From Acidobacteriota bacterium (GTDB taxonomy: Bacteria; Acidobacteriota; UBA6911; JACQSX01; JBPCNK01): a DNA stretch of 50,397 nucleotides. Of this stretch, positions 24,963-35,089 are shown piece after piece. The position numbers were made by a program, and so were the translations under genes. Under the pieces are notes generated by a model. That model worked only from the letters and a program-made list of their open reading frames with translations. It searched no databases and was not told the origin of the DNA. The stretch spans positions 1 to 50,397 of the forward strand of contig JBPCNK010000126.1 of assembly GCA_051001345.1 (NCBI GenBank). Direction: 5' to 3'. Positions within the stretch are counted from its first letter, which is position 1, and each line of letters begins with the position of its first letter.

Positions 24963-25586
24963 TCACTTTGCTTTGCCGGCGAATACCAGGTCCGAAGGCT
25001 GCCAGTCGGAACACTGGGTATTTTCGAATGCGGCCATTCCTCCGACGACGTTCTGGACGTGAAAACCTCGCGAGGCCAGCAGGCTGGCTGCAATACTGCT
25101 GCGATACCCACTCCCGCAGACCACGGCAAGCGGCTCGTCCCGCGGCAGTTCTGAAAGTCGGAAGAGAAGGCGCGGCAGTGGAATATGGATGGCGCCGTTG
25201 ATATGAGACTGCGTCCACTCGGCCGGTGTTCGCACGTCGAGCACCCGCGGGGCTGCGCCTTGCTCGAGCGCCAGCTTGAGATCGCACACGCTGCGCTGCG
25301 CGAGCGTTGCCGCGGCGCCAAGATCGGACGCAAGAGTGAAGCCGTCGATATTGTCGTACCCGATGCGCGCCAACTCCAGTTGCGCACGCAGCAGATCCGC
25401 TTGCGTTTCCACAACCAGAACTAACCGGGAACGAAAGTCCACCAAAAAGCCGGCCCAGGTCGAAAACATGGGGCTGTCAATACCGATGTTGAGACTGCCC
25501 GGGAAATGCGCCTCCCCGAAGCGGGCCGCATGCGTGCCTGCCCGGCCTGCTGACGCACCGAGCCACGCGCGTAAGCAAGTGGGCAA
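24963..25586 (-). pseudogene. C-terminal tandem-rhodanese part of an MBL-fold/rhodanese protein; N-terminal MBL domain missing
   Basis: FGEAHFPGSLNIGI...RIGYDNIDGF (inactive rhodanese), then VLDVRTPAEWTQSHINGAIHIPL...VVCGSGYRSS (active-site Cys). The coding similarity ends where the palindromic element at 25561 begins. Confidence 0.6.
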
Positions 25587-25675
25587 TCAGTGGCGACATT
25601 CTGACCGTCGTACAACCGAGCACTAATAGTGTTCATGTTGCCTCTGATTGCCCGCTCGCTTACGCGCGCGGCCCG
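25561..25675. repeat. Palindromic ~110-bp element (Pal-1), copy 1
   Basis: Arms CGCGCGTAAGCAAGTGGGCAATCAG (25566-25590) and CTGATTGCCCGCTCGCTTACGCGCG (25644-25668) are reverse complements, with one mismatch and one G-T. The ~53-nt loop is conserved with the copies at 46551-46770. Confidence 0.85.
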
Positions 25676-25735
25676 GTAACGGCACACCGGCCGAGCGGCC
25701 GGTGACACTCCTGCCGCCAGCCTGACCTCCGACTA

Positions 25736-25765
25736 TTGACAATCGTTTTTATCGCTGCCTATACT
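25736..25765 (+). promoter_or_regulatory. Sigma70-like promoter upstream of the BlaI-like gene
   Basis: TTGACA (25736-25741), an 18-nt spacer, then TATACT (25760-25765). It lies 55 nt upstream of ATG 25821. Confidence 0.45.
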
Positions 25766-25820
25766 GATCACCTTCTGGCGCTCCGGGCCGCCTGCGCTGC
25801 CCAAAGAGCGGAATGAGTTT

Positions 25821-26270
25821 ATGAAGCCTATTCATCCAAGAGTTACCCTCCGCGGTTTTAGGACAGGCGCCCGCGGCGCCGACCGGGTGCTGGGCGAATT
25901 AGAGGCGTCTGTCATGGAATTGCTCTGGCGGGAACCAAGGGCGACCGTCAATGAAGTGGAAGAGCGCCTGCGGCGCCACCGCGAGATCGCCCACACGACG
26001 GTTCTCACCACTCTTGACCGGATGCACCACAAAGGCTATTTGACTCGCGAAAAGCGGGGCAAGGCCTTCGTCTACGCCCCGCGTTACACGCGCGAGGAAT
26101 TTGAGCGGGGCATCGCCCAAGAAGTGCTGGGCACTCTCTTGGGCCAGTTTACCGAGCCGGCGCTCTCCACGTTCGTCGATCTGGTGTCCCAGGATGCCGG
26201 AGTGCTGGATCAGTTGGAAGCCATCATTCGTGAGAAGCGCCGCAAGCAGGGCAAGAACACGACCAGGTAG
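25821..26270 (+). CDS. BlaI/MecI/CopY-family transcriptional repressor
   Basis: LGELEASVMELLWREPRATVNEVEERL...HTTVLTTLDRMHHKGYLTREKRGKAFVYAP is a typical winged-helix BlaI fold. There is no C-terminal CopY Cys motif. Confidence 0.8.
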   Translation: MKPIHPRVTLRGFRTGARGADRVLGELEASVMELLWREPRATVNEVEERLRRHREIAHTTVLTTLDRMHHKGYLTREKRGKAFVYAPRYTREEFERGIAQEVLGTLLGQFTEPALSTFVDLVSQDAGVLDQLEAIIREKRRKQGKNTTR

Positions 26271-26278
26271 ACCCGCTT

Positions 26279-27361
26279 ATGATCCTCGTCGCGATCGAAA
26301 ACTTCGTCCTCCTCAGTACTCTTCTGGGATGTACATCCTTCGTGCTGGCTTGGTCGGCGCGTCGCGCGTCGGAATCCGGCTGGTGGCATCCTCATCCGTA
26401 TACCCTGACCCGTCTTTACGCGCTGGCCCTCGTCGTTCCCCCGCTGGTTGCCGCCTGGTTGGTGGCAGCGGCCCTATTGCCCGAATCATGGCTCGGCGCA
26501 ACGACGTTTGAAGCGGCACACCCGGCCCCGGTGCACAAATGGCATCTCCTCGGCAATCTGACGGCAACACTGGAGCCCGTCCTGGCGTATGCCACGCTCG
26601 TGTTTGCCGCCGCCGCCGTACTTTTGACAGTCCTCTTGAGTGTGCGTGGCAACCTACGCGTTGCAAGAGCGATCGAACGGCTGGAGATGACAGCCGAGCC
26701 CCCGCCTCGCGACCAGCTTGCGCTGGTCGACCGCATGGCGGCGCAACGCGGGTTCCGTGCTGACCTTGTCCTGAGCGACTATCCTTTCCTTTTCGTTTGG
26801 GGGTTCCAGAGATCCTGGCTGGTCGTTTCGTCAGGATTGCTGCAGGCGCTGACACCTGAAGAACTCGCCGGGGCACTAGAGCACGAGGCGGCGCACCATG
26901 TGCGGCGCGACAATTTGATCAAGCTTATTCTCGAGTTTTGCGGCTGCGTTTCGCTCGCCTTCCCACTCTCCTGGCGGCTACTGCGGTGGCGCGCAGAACA
27001 GATTGAAATGGTCTGTGATGAGGTAGCCGTCGCGCGTACTTCAGCTCCGCTGGAGATCGCGGCTGCACTGGTCAAATTGCGACGGCTGACCCTGGAGCCG
27101 GTCGGCTACTGGCGGACCAAGACCTTTACCTGCAGCTTTGTTCCTGAAGATGCGCACAGCTTTGAGCGGCGTGTCCGACGGGTTATAGCCTTTTCCGACG
27201 CGTTGCCTCCGGCGTCGCGCGCCAGAGCGCTGCTACAGGGACACGCGGGGGCAGCGCTCCTGGTTGTCGGCGTCTTCGCCCTGACTCAAACTGCCGTCTC
27301 CGCCTTCGCGCCTCTGGCTGTTCACCAGGCGACCGAATTTCTGATCCGTTTTTTCAAATAG
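26279..27361 (+). CDS. BlaR1-like M56 membrane metalloprotease/signal transducer (no penicillin-binding sensor domain)
   Basis: Multiple TM segments and LEHEAAHHVRRDNL (HExxH). It lies directly downstream of the BlaI-like gene. Confidence 0.75.
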   Translation: MILVAIENFVLLSTLLGCTSFVLAWSARRASESGWWHPHPYTLTRLYALALVVPPLVAAWLVAAALLPESWLGATTFEAAHPAPVHKWHLLGNLTATLEPVLAYATLVFAAAAVLLTVLLSVRGNLRVARAIERLEMTAEPPPRDQLALVDRMAAQRGFRADLVLSDYPFLFVWGFQRSWLVVSSGLLQALTPEELAGALEHEAAHHVRRDNLIKLILEFCGCVSLAFPLSWRLLRWRAEQIEMVCDEVAVARTSAPLEIAAALVKLRRLTLEPVGYWRTKTFTCSFVPEDAHSFERRVRRVIAFSDALPPASRARALLQGHAGAALLVVGVFALTQTAVSAFAPLAVHQATEFLIRFFK

Positions 27362-27376
27362 AAAAGCGATCTACCG

Positions 27377-27844
27377 ATGTTTCTTCACCATTCTCGTGAG
27401 CTACGCACAAAAACTACCGCCAGTAATTTATGGCTGTGGCTTCTGCTCGCACTGGTTTCGACGGGCTTCGGTTCATGCAAGTCGCAGAACGAGGCGGCGG
27501 GCGGGCATGAGCAAGAGACACTGTCGCGCACGGAATTCACCCGGCGGATTGAGAACTTCTTCGAGTACGAGCCGCTGAAGGCGGGTAAACCGAGCCAGTT
27601 CCTGATTCACCTCACCGACCTTTCCGACGGCTCACCGGTCGAGAAGGCCGAGGTGACGCTGACGGTCCGCGCCAGGGGCGGCCGCCAGCAGGTGGGGCAA
27701 ACGACGGCGCGCGTCGGGAAGGTGACGGGAATCTATGTGGCCGACCTGACGATACGTCGGCCGGGCGGCTACGACATCGAGTTTCACGTCCGCAATCCCA
27801 AGCTCGATGAGCGGCTGCCCTTGGGCGGCTTCGAAGTGAAATGA
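27377..27844 (+). CDS. Hypothetical lipoprotein (possible Ig-like/YtkA-like fold)
   Basis: Lipobox-like VSTGFGSC. PLKAGKPSQFLIHLTDLSDGSPVEKAEVTLTVRA...GIYVADLTIRRPGGYDIEFHV. Overlaps the TolC start by 4 nt. Confidence 0.5.
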   Translation: MFLHHSRELRTKTTASNLWLWLLLALVSTGFGSCKSQNEAAGGHEQETLSRTEFTRRIENFFEYEPLKAGKPSQFLIHLTDLSDGSPVEKAEVTLTVRARGGRQQVGQTTARVGKVTGIYVADLTIRRPGGYDIEFHVRNPKLDERLPLGGFEVK

Positions 27845-29154
27845 CGAGAAAACTAATGACGAAACGTTTTCCGATCGTGGCCACCGTCGCTCTGGCCTGC
27901 TCGATGCCCTGCGCGGCGTGGGCGCAAACACCGGCGCCGCCCGCTTCAAAAGTCGCCGCCTTGCCGCAATCTCCTGAGGTCCTGACAATCGAGGAGGCGA
28001 CGGAGCGATTCCTGAGGCGCAACCTCGCGGTGGAGGCCGCGCGTTTTCAGGTGAGTGTGGCCGAAGCCGAGATCGTGGGCGCGCCGCTGCGTCCTCGACC
28101 CGGCCTGACCGTGACGGGCGAAAACCTGCGCGTCGCCGGGTTGACGCCTTTCGACCGTCTTTACGAAGTCAGCGCCGTTGTCGCGCAGCCCATCGAACTT
28201 GGCGGCCGCAGCCGTTTGCGTATGGAAGTCGCAGAGCGGACTGTCGCTGCGGCCAGGTTCCAGTTGACCAGCGTGCTGCAACGACGACTTTACGATCTGA
28301 GACGCACTTACTATGAGTCCGTTCTGCAGCGCATGCTCCTTGAGATCGCACAGAACAACCGTGCGGACTTCGAGGAACTGGTGCGCCTCAACACGGTGCG
28401 CTTTCGGGAAGGGCAGATCGCCGAGGGCGAATTGCTGAAGGTGCTGCTCGAGCGCATCCGGTTTGATTCAGCCAGCGCTCGCGCCAGACTCGGATTGCAG
28501 CAAGCCAACATCCGGTTGCTCGAACTGCTGGGCGAAAACGATTACGCGCGCGCCACCGTCCTCGATGTCCGAGGCGAGCTTGCGTTTCGTCCGGCCACCG
28601 TCGACCTGGAGGGTCTGCGTCAGGCCGCGCTCGTCAATCGACCCGACATTCGGGCAGCCGAGGCGGAGTTCCGCCGAGCCGAATCGGCCGCTCACCTGGA
28701 GCGTTCGCGCGGGAAGGGCGAGATCACACCTTTTTTGGGCTATAGGCGCATCGGCGTGGACCACGCCGTCATCGCCGGCGCCACTTTTCCCCTGCCCTTC
28801 GGTAACCGTAATCAAGGCGGGATCGTGCGTGCCGACGCCGAGAAGAGCGTAGCCGAAGCCAGCCTGCGGCTGACGCGCAACCGGGCACTGGCCGAGGTCG
28901 ACTCAGCCTATCGCGCTTACGAGACCGCCCGCGAACAAGCGCGGGCCTACGAAGCGGGCGTCCTGCGGCAGGCCGACCAGTCGCTTGCCATTACCCTGGC
29001 TGCCTATCGTGAAGGCGCATCGGAGCTGATCGTTCTCCTCGACGCGCAGCGAACGCGTTCCGACATGCGTGCAGACTACTACCGGGCGTTATTCGATTAT
29101 CAGACGAGCCTGTTCCTACTCGAGCAGGCCGCGGGCGTGGAGATCAAACCATGA
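27841..29154 (+). CDS. TolC/CzcC-family outer membrane efflux protein (system 2)
   Basis: 437 aa with a signal peptide, PIELGGRSRLR and FPLPFGNRNQGGI repeat signatures. ATGA overlaps at both ends. Confidence 0.85.
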   Translation: MTRKLMTKRFPIVATVALACSMPCAAWAQTPAPPASKVAALPQSPEVLTIEEATERFLRRNLAVEAARFQVSVAEAEIVGAPLRPRPGLTVTGENLRVAGLTPFDRLYEVSAVVAQPIELGGRSRLRMEVAERTVAAARFQLTSVLQRRLYDLRRTYYESVLQRMLLEIAQNNRADFEELVRLNTVRFREGQIAEGELLKVLLERIRFDSASARARLGLQQANIRLLELLGENDYARATVLDVRGELAFRPATVDLEGLRQAALVNRPDIRAAEAEFRRAESAAHLERSRGKGEITPFLGYRRIGVDHAVIAGATFPLPFGNRNQGGIVRADAEKSVAEASLRLTRNRALAEVDSAYRAYETAREQARAYEAGVLRQADQSLAITLAAYREGASELIVLLDAQRTRSDMRADYYRALFDYQTSLFLLEQAAGVEIKP

Positions 29155-30458
29155 GCCCGCTGCTGAGCCAGCGCAGGATCATCCTTGGCGCCGCAGTACT
29201 GGCGGCAGCCGCTTTGATTCTGGTTTATGTGTTTTGGCCCCGTCCCACGGCGCGGGAGACCGACGCTGGTCCGGCCGTCGCCCAAGCGGCCGGGACGGTG
29301 CAATTCCTGATGGAGCAGCAGTGGCTCATCCGCATGAAGCTGGCGCAAGTTGAGCAACGGACGGTAGCCCGGCAGATCACAACAACGGGCCGCGTGGTCC
29401 CGGCCGCAAACAGTCATGCGGTGATCGCTCCACCGGTCGGAGGGATCATCGCGGGCACACAACTCGCACGCATCGGACAACGCGTTTTGAAAGGACAGAC
29501 CCTCGCAACCGTTCAACAGACCGCCAGCTCCGCCGAGCAGGCGCAAGTACGGGCAGCGGCGGCACAAGTTCAATCTCAGAATGCCCAGGTGGCCATCGAG
29601 AATGCGCGGCTTGAAGCGGAACGCCGCACTGCGGCAGGCGATGTGGAGTCAGCTCGCTTGCGCTTGGAACTGGCGCAGAAAGAGGCTGATCGCGCCCGCC
29701 GGCTCTACGACCAGAAGGCTTTCGCGCTGCGTCAGCTCCAGTCAGCCGAAACCGAACGCGATGCGGCAAGTGCCGCCTACAAAGCGGCCGCCGAGCGCAG
29801 CGCAGCGCTGGCTGCCGCGCGCCCGGTCGCGCCGTCCAGCGCCGGCGTTGGCAGCGCCAATGCCTCCTACGTTGTGCGCGCCCCGCTCAGCGGCTATGTC
29901 ACCAAGGTCAACAAGTCCATCGGCGAACAGGTGGCGCCAGGAGAAGCCATCCTTGAAGTCAGCAGCCTCGAGACGGTATGGGTCGAAGCACCGATCTTCG
30001 AACGTGATTTAGGCCGATTGGGCCGTAACGCTGCCGCGTCTTTCACAACCGCGGCTTACCCGGGCCGAGAGTTTCGCGGCAGGGTCGTAGACCTCGGAGC
30101 GGTGATCGATGAACGGACGCGCGCAGCTACAGTGATCTTCGAGGTGCCCAACGCGGGTCATTCGCTCCGCATCGGGATGCAGGCTGACGTTCGGCTGGAT
30201 GCCGGCCAATCGGTAACCGCGATGATGATCCCGAAGGAAGCGGTGCTCGACAACGAAGGGAAGAAGATTGTCTACGTTCTGCTTTCAGGCGAGGAGTTTC
30301 AGCGGCGCGAGGTGGCGCTTGGCGATGAGTATGGAGACCAGGTGGCGGTGCTCTCCGGTCTCCGATCCGGCGAGCGCGTTGTCACACAAGGAGCTTATCA
30401 GCTCCGCTTGCAGGAGCTGCGGCCAGCCGCCACGGGCGCCCATTCGCATGAGACTTAG
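29151..30458 (+). CDS. RND efflux periplasmic adaptor (system 2)
   Basis: 435 aa with a membrane anchor, long coiled coil (AQVAIENARLEAERRTAAGDVESARLRLELAQKEADRARRLY) and barrel domains. Confidence 0.85.
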   Translation: MSPLLSQRRIILGAAVLAAAALILVYVFWPRPTARETDAGPAVAQAAGTVQFLMEQQWLIRMKLAQVEQRTVARQITTTGRVVPAANSHAVIAPPVGGIIAGTQLARIGQRVLKGQTLATVQQTASSAEQAQVRAAAAQVQSQNAQVAIENARLEAERRTAAGDVESARLRLELAQKEADRARRLYDQKAFALRQLQSAETERDAASAAYKAAAERSAALAAARPVAPSSAGVGSANASYVVRAPLSGYVTKVNKSIGEQVAPGEAILEVSSLETVWVEAPIFERDLGRLGRNAAASFTTAAYPGREFRGRVVDLGAVIDERTRAATVIFEVPNAGHSLRIGMQADVRLDAGQSVTAMMIPKEAVLDNEGKKIVYVLLSGEEFQRREVALGDEYGDQVAVLSGLRSGERVVTQGAYQLRLQELRPAATGAHSHET

Positions 30459-30463
30459 AAATA

Positions 30464-30585
30464 GGGGTCAGGCTTCAGGGGTCAGGGGTCAGGACGTGAT
30501 CGTGCTCGTGGACGTGATCGTGCTCGTGGTCGTGAGCGGCTTGGTGTGCCCGCGACCTTCCGGTCGCGGCACTGCCATCGGCGGC
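30464..30585. repeat. Intercistronic module, copy 2
   Basis: GGGGTCAGGCTTCAGGGGTCAGGGGTCAGG. Seven NNCGTG hexamers (30493-30534). Hairpin CCGCGACC-TTCC-GGTCGCGG (30550-30569). Tail CACTGCCATCGGCGGC. It sits between the adaptor and the pump. Confidence 0.85.
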
Positions 30586-30620
30586 CTCATCCTGACGTTG
30601 ATTTGAGAAGACAGAATTAA

Positions 30621-33600
30621 ATGCTGAACAAGATTATCCAATGGTCTCTCAAGAATCGTCTGCTCGTGCTGATCGCGGGCGTTGTGTTGCTCATCTACGG
30701 CGGCATCGTGGCGCTTGGCGCCCATGTGGATGTCTTTCCCGATCTGACGGCGCCTACCGTCACCATTCTGACTGAATCGCATGGCCTGGCGCCCGAAGAG
30801 GTCGAATCTCTGGTAACGCTGCCCATCGAGGCGGCGATGAACGGCGCCGCGGGTGTCTTCCGCGTGCGCTCCAACTCGGCGATCGGCATCTCGATCATCT
30901 TCGTCGAGTTCGAGTTCGGCACCGATATCTACCGCGCTCGTCAGCTTGTCACCGAGAAACTGCAGCAGGTACGGATGCCCGCCGGCGTCTCCGCTCCCGT
31001 GCTCGGTCCGATCTCCTCGACGATGGGCGAGATCATGCTCATCTCCATGACGAGCAAGACGACCTCGCCGATGGAGTTGCGTTCGCTGGCCGATTGGGTC
31101 GTGCGCCCGCGCCTGCTGGGCGTCTCCGGCGTGTCGCAGGTCATGATCATCGGCGGCGAGACCAAGCAGTTTCAGGTTCTGGTGGATGCGGCCAGGCTGG
31201 CCGACTACAAGTTGACGCTGGAGGAAGTGACAAGGGCGGTGAGCGCTTCAAATGCCAACGCCGCGGGTGGTTTTCTGGAGCGGCCCAACGAGGAGTTTTT
31301 GATTCGCGGTCGGGCGCGCGTGTATTCCCCCGAAGATCTCTCCAACTCGGTGATCACGGTGCGCGAGGGAACGCCCATTCTCATCGGAAACGTCGCCACC
31401 GTCAGGGCTGGGGCGGCGCTCAAGCGCGGCGACGGAAGCTTCAATTCGGAACCTGCGGTGGTCGCCACCATTCAGAAGCAACCCAATGCCAACACACTGG
31501 AGCTGACGGAGAAGATTGAGGCGACGCTGGCCACCGTGAAGGCGACGCTGCCGCCCGATGTGGTCATCGATACCCGGGCGTTTCAGCAAGCCGACTTCAT
31601 CAAGCGCGCCGTCGGCAACGTGAAAGCGTCGCTCATCGAGGGCGGTATCATGGTGACCATCGTGCTGTTCCTGTTTTTGTGGAACTTCCGCACGACGTTC
31701 ATCAGCCTCATGGCCATTCCGCTCTCGCTTCTGTCGGCCATCCTGGTGATGAGTTACTTCGGAATCACGATCAACACCATGACCCTCGGTGGCCTCGCCA
31801 TCGCCGTCGGTGCGCTGGTCGACGACGCCATCATTGACGTCGAGAACGTATTCCGCCGGTTGAAGCAGAACGCGCAACTACCGATACCCGCGGAGACCGC
31901 CACGGTAGTCTTCAAGGCCTCCAGCGAAATCAGAAACTCGATTCTTTTTGCCACCCTCATCATCATTCTGGTTTTCATGCCTCTGTTGAGCCTGAGCGGA
32001 TTTGAGGGGCGTATGTTTGCGCCGCTCGGTTTCGCTTACATCATCTCGATCTTTGTCTCGCTGGTTGTCGCCCTCACCATCACGCCCGTGCTTTGCTACT
32101 ACTTGCTCGGAAGCTCTAAGCTCATCGAGGACGAGAAGGACTCACGGCTGGTCGCCTGGCTCAAGCGCCGCTACGCGCGGATTCTCCCTTGGACGCTGCG
32201 CCGTCCCTACCAGATCGTCGCCGCTTCGGCGGCGATGCTCGTCCTTGCCGTGTTGCTGGCGCCTTTGATGGGCCGGGAGTTTCTGCCCCCCTTCAACGAA
32301 GGCACGCTGAACATCAACGCGAGCCTCCCGCCGGGCACCTCGTTGCGAGAGTCGAACCGGATCGGCAAGATTATCGAAGAAGTAATCCGTCAGACCCCGG
32401 AAGTAGTCTCGACGACGCGGCGCACCGGGCGTGCCGAGCTCGACGAACACGCCGCGGGCGTCAATACGAGCGAGATCGAAGTCGTCACTGAGGAAAGCGA
32501 GAGGAAGCATGCGAAAGTGATGGCTGAAGTCAGGCAGAATCTTGAGCGGCTTCCCGGCGTGACTGCTGAAGTCGGCCAGCCCATCTCGCATCGCATCGAT
32601 CACCTGCTGTCCGGCACGCGCGCGCAAATCGCAATCAAGCTGTTCGGTTCCGACCTGGCGACGCTGCGCGGCAAGGCAGAGGAGATTCGCGCGGCGATGC
32701 AGGGTGTGCCCGGCATCGTGGATCTCCTGGTCGAGCCGCAGGTGGGCGTGCCCCAGGTCCAGATCAACCTGAACCGCAAAGCCGCTGCCGCGGTCGGCTT
32801 ACGCGCCCAGGACCTGGCCGAAACCGTGGACACCGCTTTCAACGGCCACGTCGCCTCGCAGGTGCTGGAAGAGCAACGCACCTACGACGTGCTCGTGCGC
32901 TTGGATGACTCGGCGCGTCAATCGGTCGAATCCATCAGCCGTACTCTGATTGACACTCCAGCCGGCGCCAAGGTGCCCATCGGCCAAGTCGCCGAAGTTC
33001 GCGTGGATCAAGGGCCCAATACGATCAACCGCGAAAACGTCCAGCGCCGCATCATCGTTCAAGCCAACGTGGCGGACCGGGATCTGGGCAGCGTGATTGC
33101 AGACGTTCGGGCGGCCATCGACTCGAATGTATCGTTGCCGCAAGGTTACTTCTTGCAGTACGGCGGGCAGTTCGAGTCGCAGGAACGAGCGTCACGGCGC
33201 ATACTGCTGCTTTCCGTTGCCGCTATCGGAGGCATTTTCCTCTTGCTCTACATCGCGCTCAAATCGGCGCGGTCGGCCCTGCTGGTCATGGCCAACCTGC
33301 CGCTGGCGCTCATCGGCGGCGTGTTCATGGTCTTTCTGTCGGGGGGGACGCTCTCGATTGCCTCGCTGGTGGGTTTCATCACTCTGTTTGGCATCGCAAC
33401 GCGCAACGGGATCATGCTGATCAGCCACTACAGCCACCTGATGGAAGAGGAAGGCGTCGGATTTCGCGATGCAATCGTTCAAGGGTCCATGGAGCGGCTC
33501 AGCCCGATCCTGATGACCGCGCTTGTAACCGGGGCGGGACTCATTCCGCTCGCTCTGGGGGCCGGCCAACCGGGCAAGGAAATTCAACAACCGATGGCGA

Positions 33601-33746
33601 TCGTAATTTTGGGCGGCATCGTGACTTCAACATTCCTCAACATGATCGTCATCCCGGCTCTCTACCTGAAATTTGGAACGGCGAAAACGTCAGCACCTGC
33701 GCACGACTACGCTGCGGGGTCAGAGCTGGCGCCGGCAAATGAATGA
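30621..33746 (+). CDS. CusA/CzcA-family heavy-metal efflux RND pump (system 2)
   Basis: 1041 aa. [17 protein letters not shown]... shows HME-RND architecture throughout. Confidence 0.9.
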   Translation: MLNKIIQWSLKNRLLVLIAGVVLLIYGGIVALGAHVDVFPDLTAPTVTILTESHGLAPEEVESLVTLPIEAAMNGAAGVFRVRSNSAIGISIIFVEFEFGTDIYRARQLVTEKLQQVRMPAGVSAPVLGPISSTMGEIMLISMTSKTTSPMELRSLADWVVRPRLLGVSGVSQVMIIGGETKQFQVLVDAARLADYKLTLEEVTRAVSASNANAAGGFLERPNEEFLIRGRARVYSPEDLSNSVITVREGTPILIGNVATVRAGAALKRGDGSFNSEPAVVATIQKQPNANTLELTEKIEATLATVKATLPPDVVIDTRAFQQADFIKRAVGNVKASLIEGGIMVTIVLFLFLWNFRTTFISLMAIPLSLLSAILVMSYFGITINTMTLGGLAIAVGALVDDAIIDVENVFRRLKQNAQLPIPAETATVVFKASSEIRNSILFATLIIILVFMPLLSLSGFEGRMFAPLGFAYIISIFVSLVVALTITPVLCYYLLGSSKLIEDEKDSRLVAWLKRRYARILPWTLRRPYQIVAASAAMLVLAVLLAPLMGREFLPPFNEGTLNINASLPPGTSLRESNRIGKIIEEVIRQTPEVVSTTRRTGRAELDEHAAGVNTSEIEVVTEESERKHAKVMAEVRQNLERLPGVTAEVGQPISHRIDHLLSGTRAQIAIKLFGSDLATLRGKAEEIRAAMQGVPGIVDLLVEPQVGVPQVQINLNRKAAAAVGLRAQDLAETVDTAFNGHVASQVLEEQRTYDVLVRLDDSARQSVESISRTLIDTPAGAKVPIGQVAEVRVDQGPNTINRENVQRRIIVQANVADRDLGSVIADVRAAIDSNVSLPQGYFLQYGGQFESQERASRRILLLSVAAIGGIFLLLYIALKSARSALLVMANLPLALIGGVFMVFLSGGTLSIASLVGFITLFGIATRNGIMLISHYSHLMEEEGVGFRDAIVQGSMERLSPILMTALVTGAGLIPLALGAGQPGKEIQQPMAIVILGGIVTSTFLNMIVIPALYLKFGTAKTSAPAHDYAAGSELAPANE

Positions 33747-33793
33747 AAGCAAGGTTGGACCCCGTCTTCGGCTTCGACGGGGGCGGCATTTGA
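33746..33793 (+). other. Short remnant resembling the TolC N-terminal junction segment
   Basis: [15 protein letters not shown] then a stop, compared with AIRLNPVFSFDGDGI in genes 341, 2117 and 16711. It begins at the czcA stop. Confidence 0.4.
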
Positions 33794-34047
33794 GGGCTGG
33801 GCCGCGACCGTCAGGGAACGGGCCCCTTCGGCAACTTTGAATCTGCAGTGCCCATGACTGGCAGCCGCCGGGGCCCCACTCGCTCACGCGCGCGGCGCCG
33901 CTATCGTTCTTTTCGTAACAGCGTCCATGAGTCCCGCCAGAGCCGCACGGACCCGCTCCCTTTGGTCGGCAGTCGGGCGAAGCATGGACGACAAGCCCAT
34001 GGGCACGCCCGATAGCAGATGGCCGTCGGGAGCGGAAACCAGCAGAG

Positions 34048-34073
34048 TTGACACCAAGCTCTCAAAATGAGAG
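34048..34073 (+). promoter_or_regulatory. higBA promoter region with a palindromic operator
   Basis: TTGACA (34048-34053) followed by the perfect inverted repeat CTCTCA-AAA-TGAGAG (34059-34073), 10 nt upstream of the GTG start. Confidence 0.5.
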
Positions 34074-34082
34074 ACTCCCCTG

Positions 34083-34370
34083 GTGCGAGTGATCAGTCAC
34101 CGGGCAATTGTCAAATACGGACTGAAACACTCGAATGCATTGCCCGCTCTCGACACCTGGTATCGCACGACAAGAAGAGCGGCATGGAAGAACCTAGCGG
34201 ATACGCGCAGAGATTTTCCACATGCCGATCTGGTTGACGACAAGACAGTTTTCAACATCAAAGGGAATAGCCATCGGTTGATCGCATGGATCAATTACCG
34301 CACTCAGAAGGTATTTATCCTGGATGTCTTGACCCACGCTGAATACGACAAAGGAGCCTGGAAACGATGA
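34083..34370 (+). CDS. higB: HigB-family type II toxin (mRNA interferase)
   Basis: MRVISHRAIVKYGLKHSNALPALDTWY...W.NLADTRRDFPHADLV...VFNIKGNSHRLIAWINYRTQKVFILDVLTHAEYDK is the typical HigB_toxin pattern. It has a GTG start and a 4-nt overlap with higA. Confidence 0.8.
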   Translation: MRVISHRAIVKYGLKHSNALPALDTWYRTTRRAAWKNLADTRRDFPHADLVDDKTVFNIKGNSHRLIAWINYRTQKVFILDVLTHAEYDKGAWKR

Positions 34371-34780
34371 GCGTTCAAGCCCTCTTGGACAGGAAGCGTT
34401 ATGGCCGGCTGCTGAGCCGGACGCTGCCGAGAGTAATCCGCACCGACAAAGAGTGCGACCGCATGACCGAGGAGCTCTTGGAACTCGAACACAACAGCGA
34501 CCGGCTTTCCGCAGAAGAAAAAGAACTGGCCGACCTGATGACCGTGCTAATCGAACAGTACGAGCAGGCACACTATCCCATGGACAAGCTGTCTACAGCC
34601 CATCAGCGCCTCAGGCAACTGATGGAGGATCGAGGAACCAGGCAGACAGACCTTGTCCCTTTGTTTGGATCTAGCGGAGTGGCTTCGGAAGTGATCAACG
34701 GCAAGCGCTCCATCAGCAAGTCTCAGGCAAAAAATCTGGCGGCATTCTTCCGTGTTCCCATCGATGTTTTTTTGGACTGA
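34367..34780 (+). CDS. higA: HigA-family antitoxin (XRE-type HTH)
   Basis: 137 aa with C-terminal HTH LRQLMEDRGTRQTDLVPLFGSSGVASEVINGKRSISKSQAKNLAAFFRVPIDVF. It lies downstream of higB. Confidence 0.8.
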   Translation: MSVQALLDRKRYGRLLSRTLPRVIRTDKECDRMTEELLELEHNSDRLSAEEKELADLMTVLIEQYEQAHYPMDKLSTAHQRLRQLMEDRGTRQTDLVPLFGSSGVASEVINGKRSISKSQAKNLAAFFRVPIDVFLD

Positions 34781-35089
34781 AATTCCGTCAGTGTCCCGGC
34801 GCGCGTTAAGCGAGCGGGCCCGCGCAGAGATGCTAACTTAACTAATTGCCTTCACCGGCTGTAGCCAGCAACATCTCCGCCAAGACTTGAGCCGGCTGTG
34901 CGATGGTTGCTGCCATTTACAATTCAGGTGGCGCTGCGGCTGACTTTTTGAGTGAGGCAATTGCCCGGGAGCGCGCGCGAATGGCGGTGCCGCGCGAGTA
35001 AGCGAGCGGCACCGCTCCAGGAGTTCGAACTCGGGGCAAACGTCCGGACCGCCCGCAGCAAATAAATTCTGACCAGCCGTTCACTGCGC

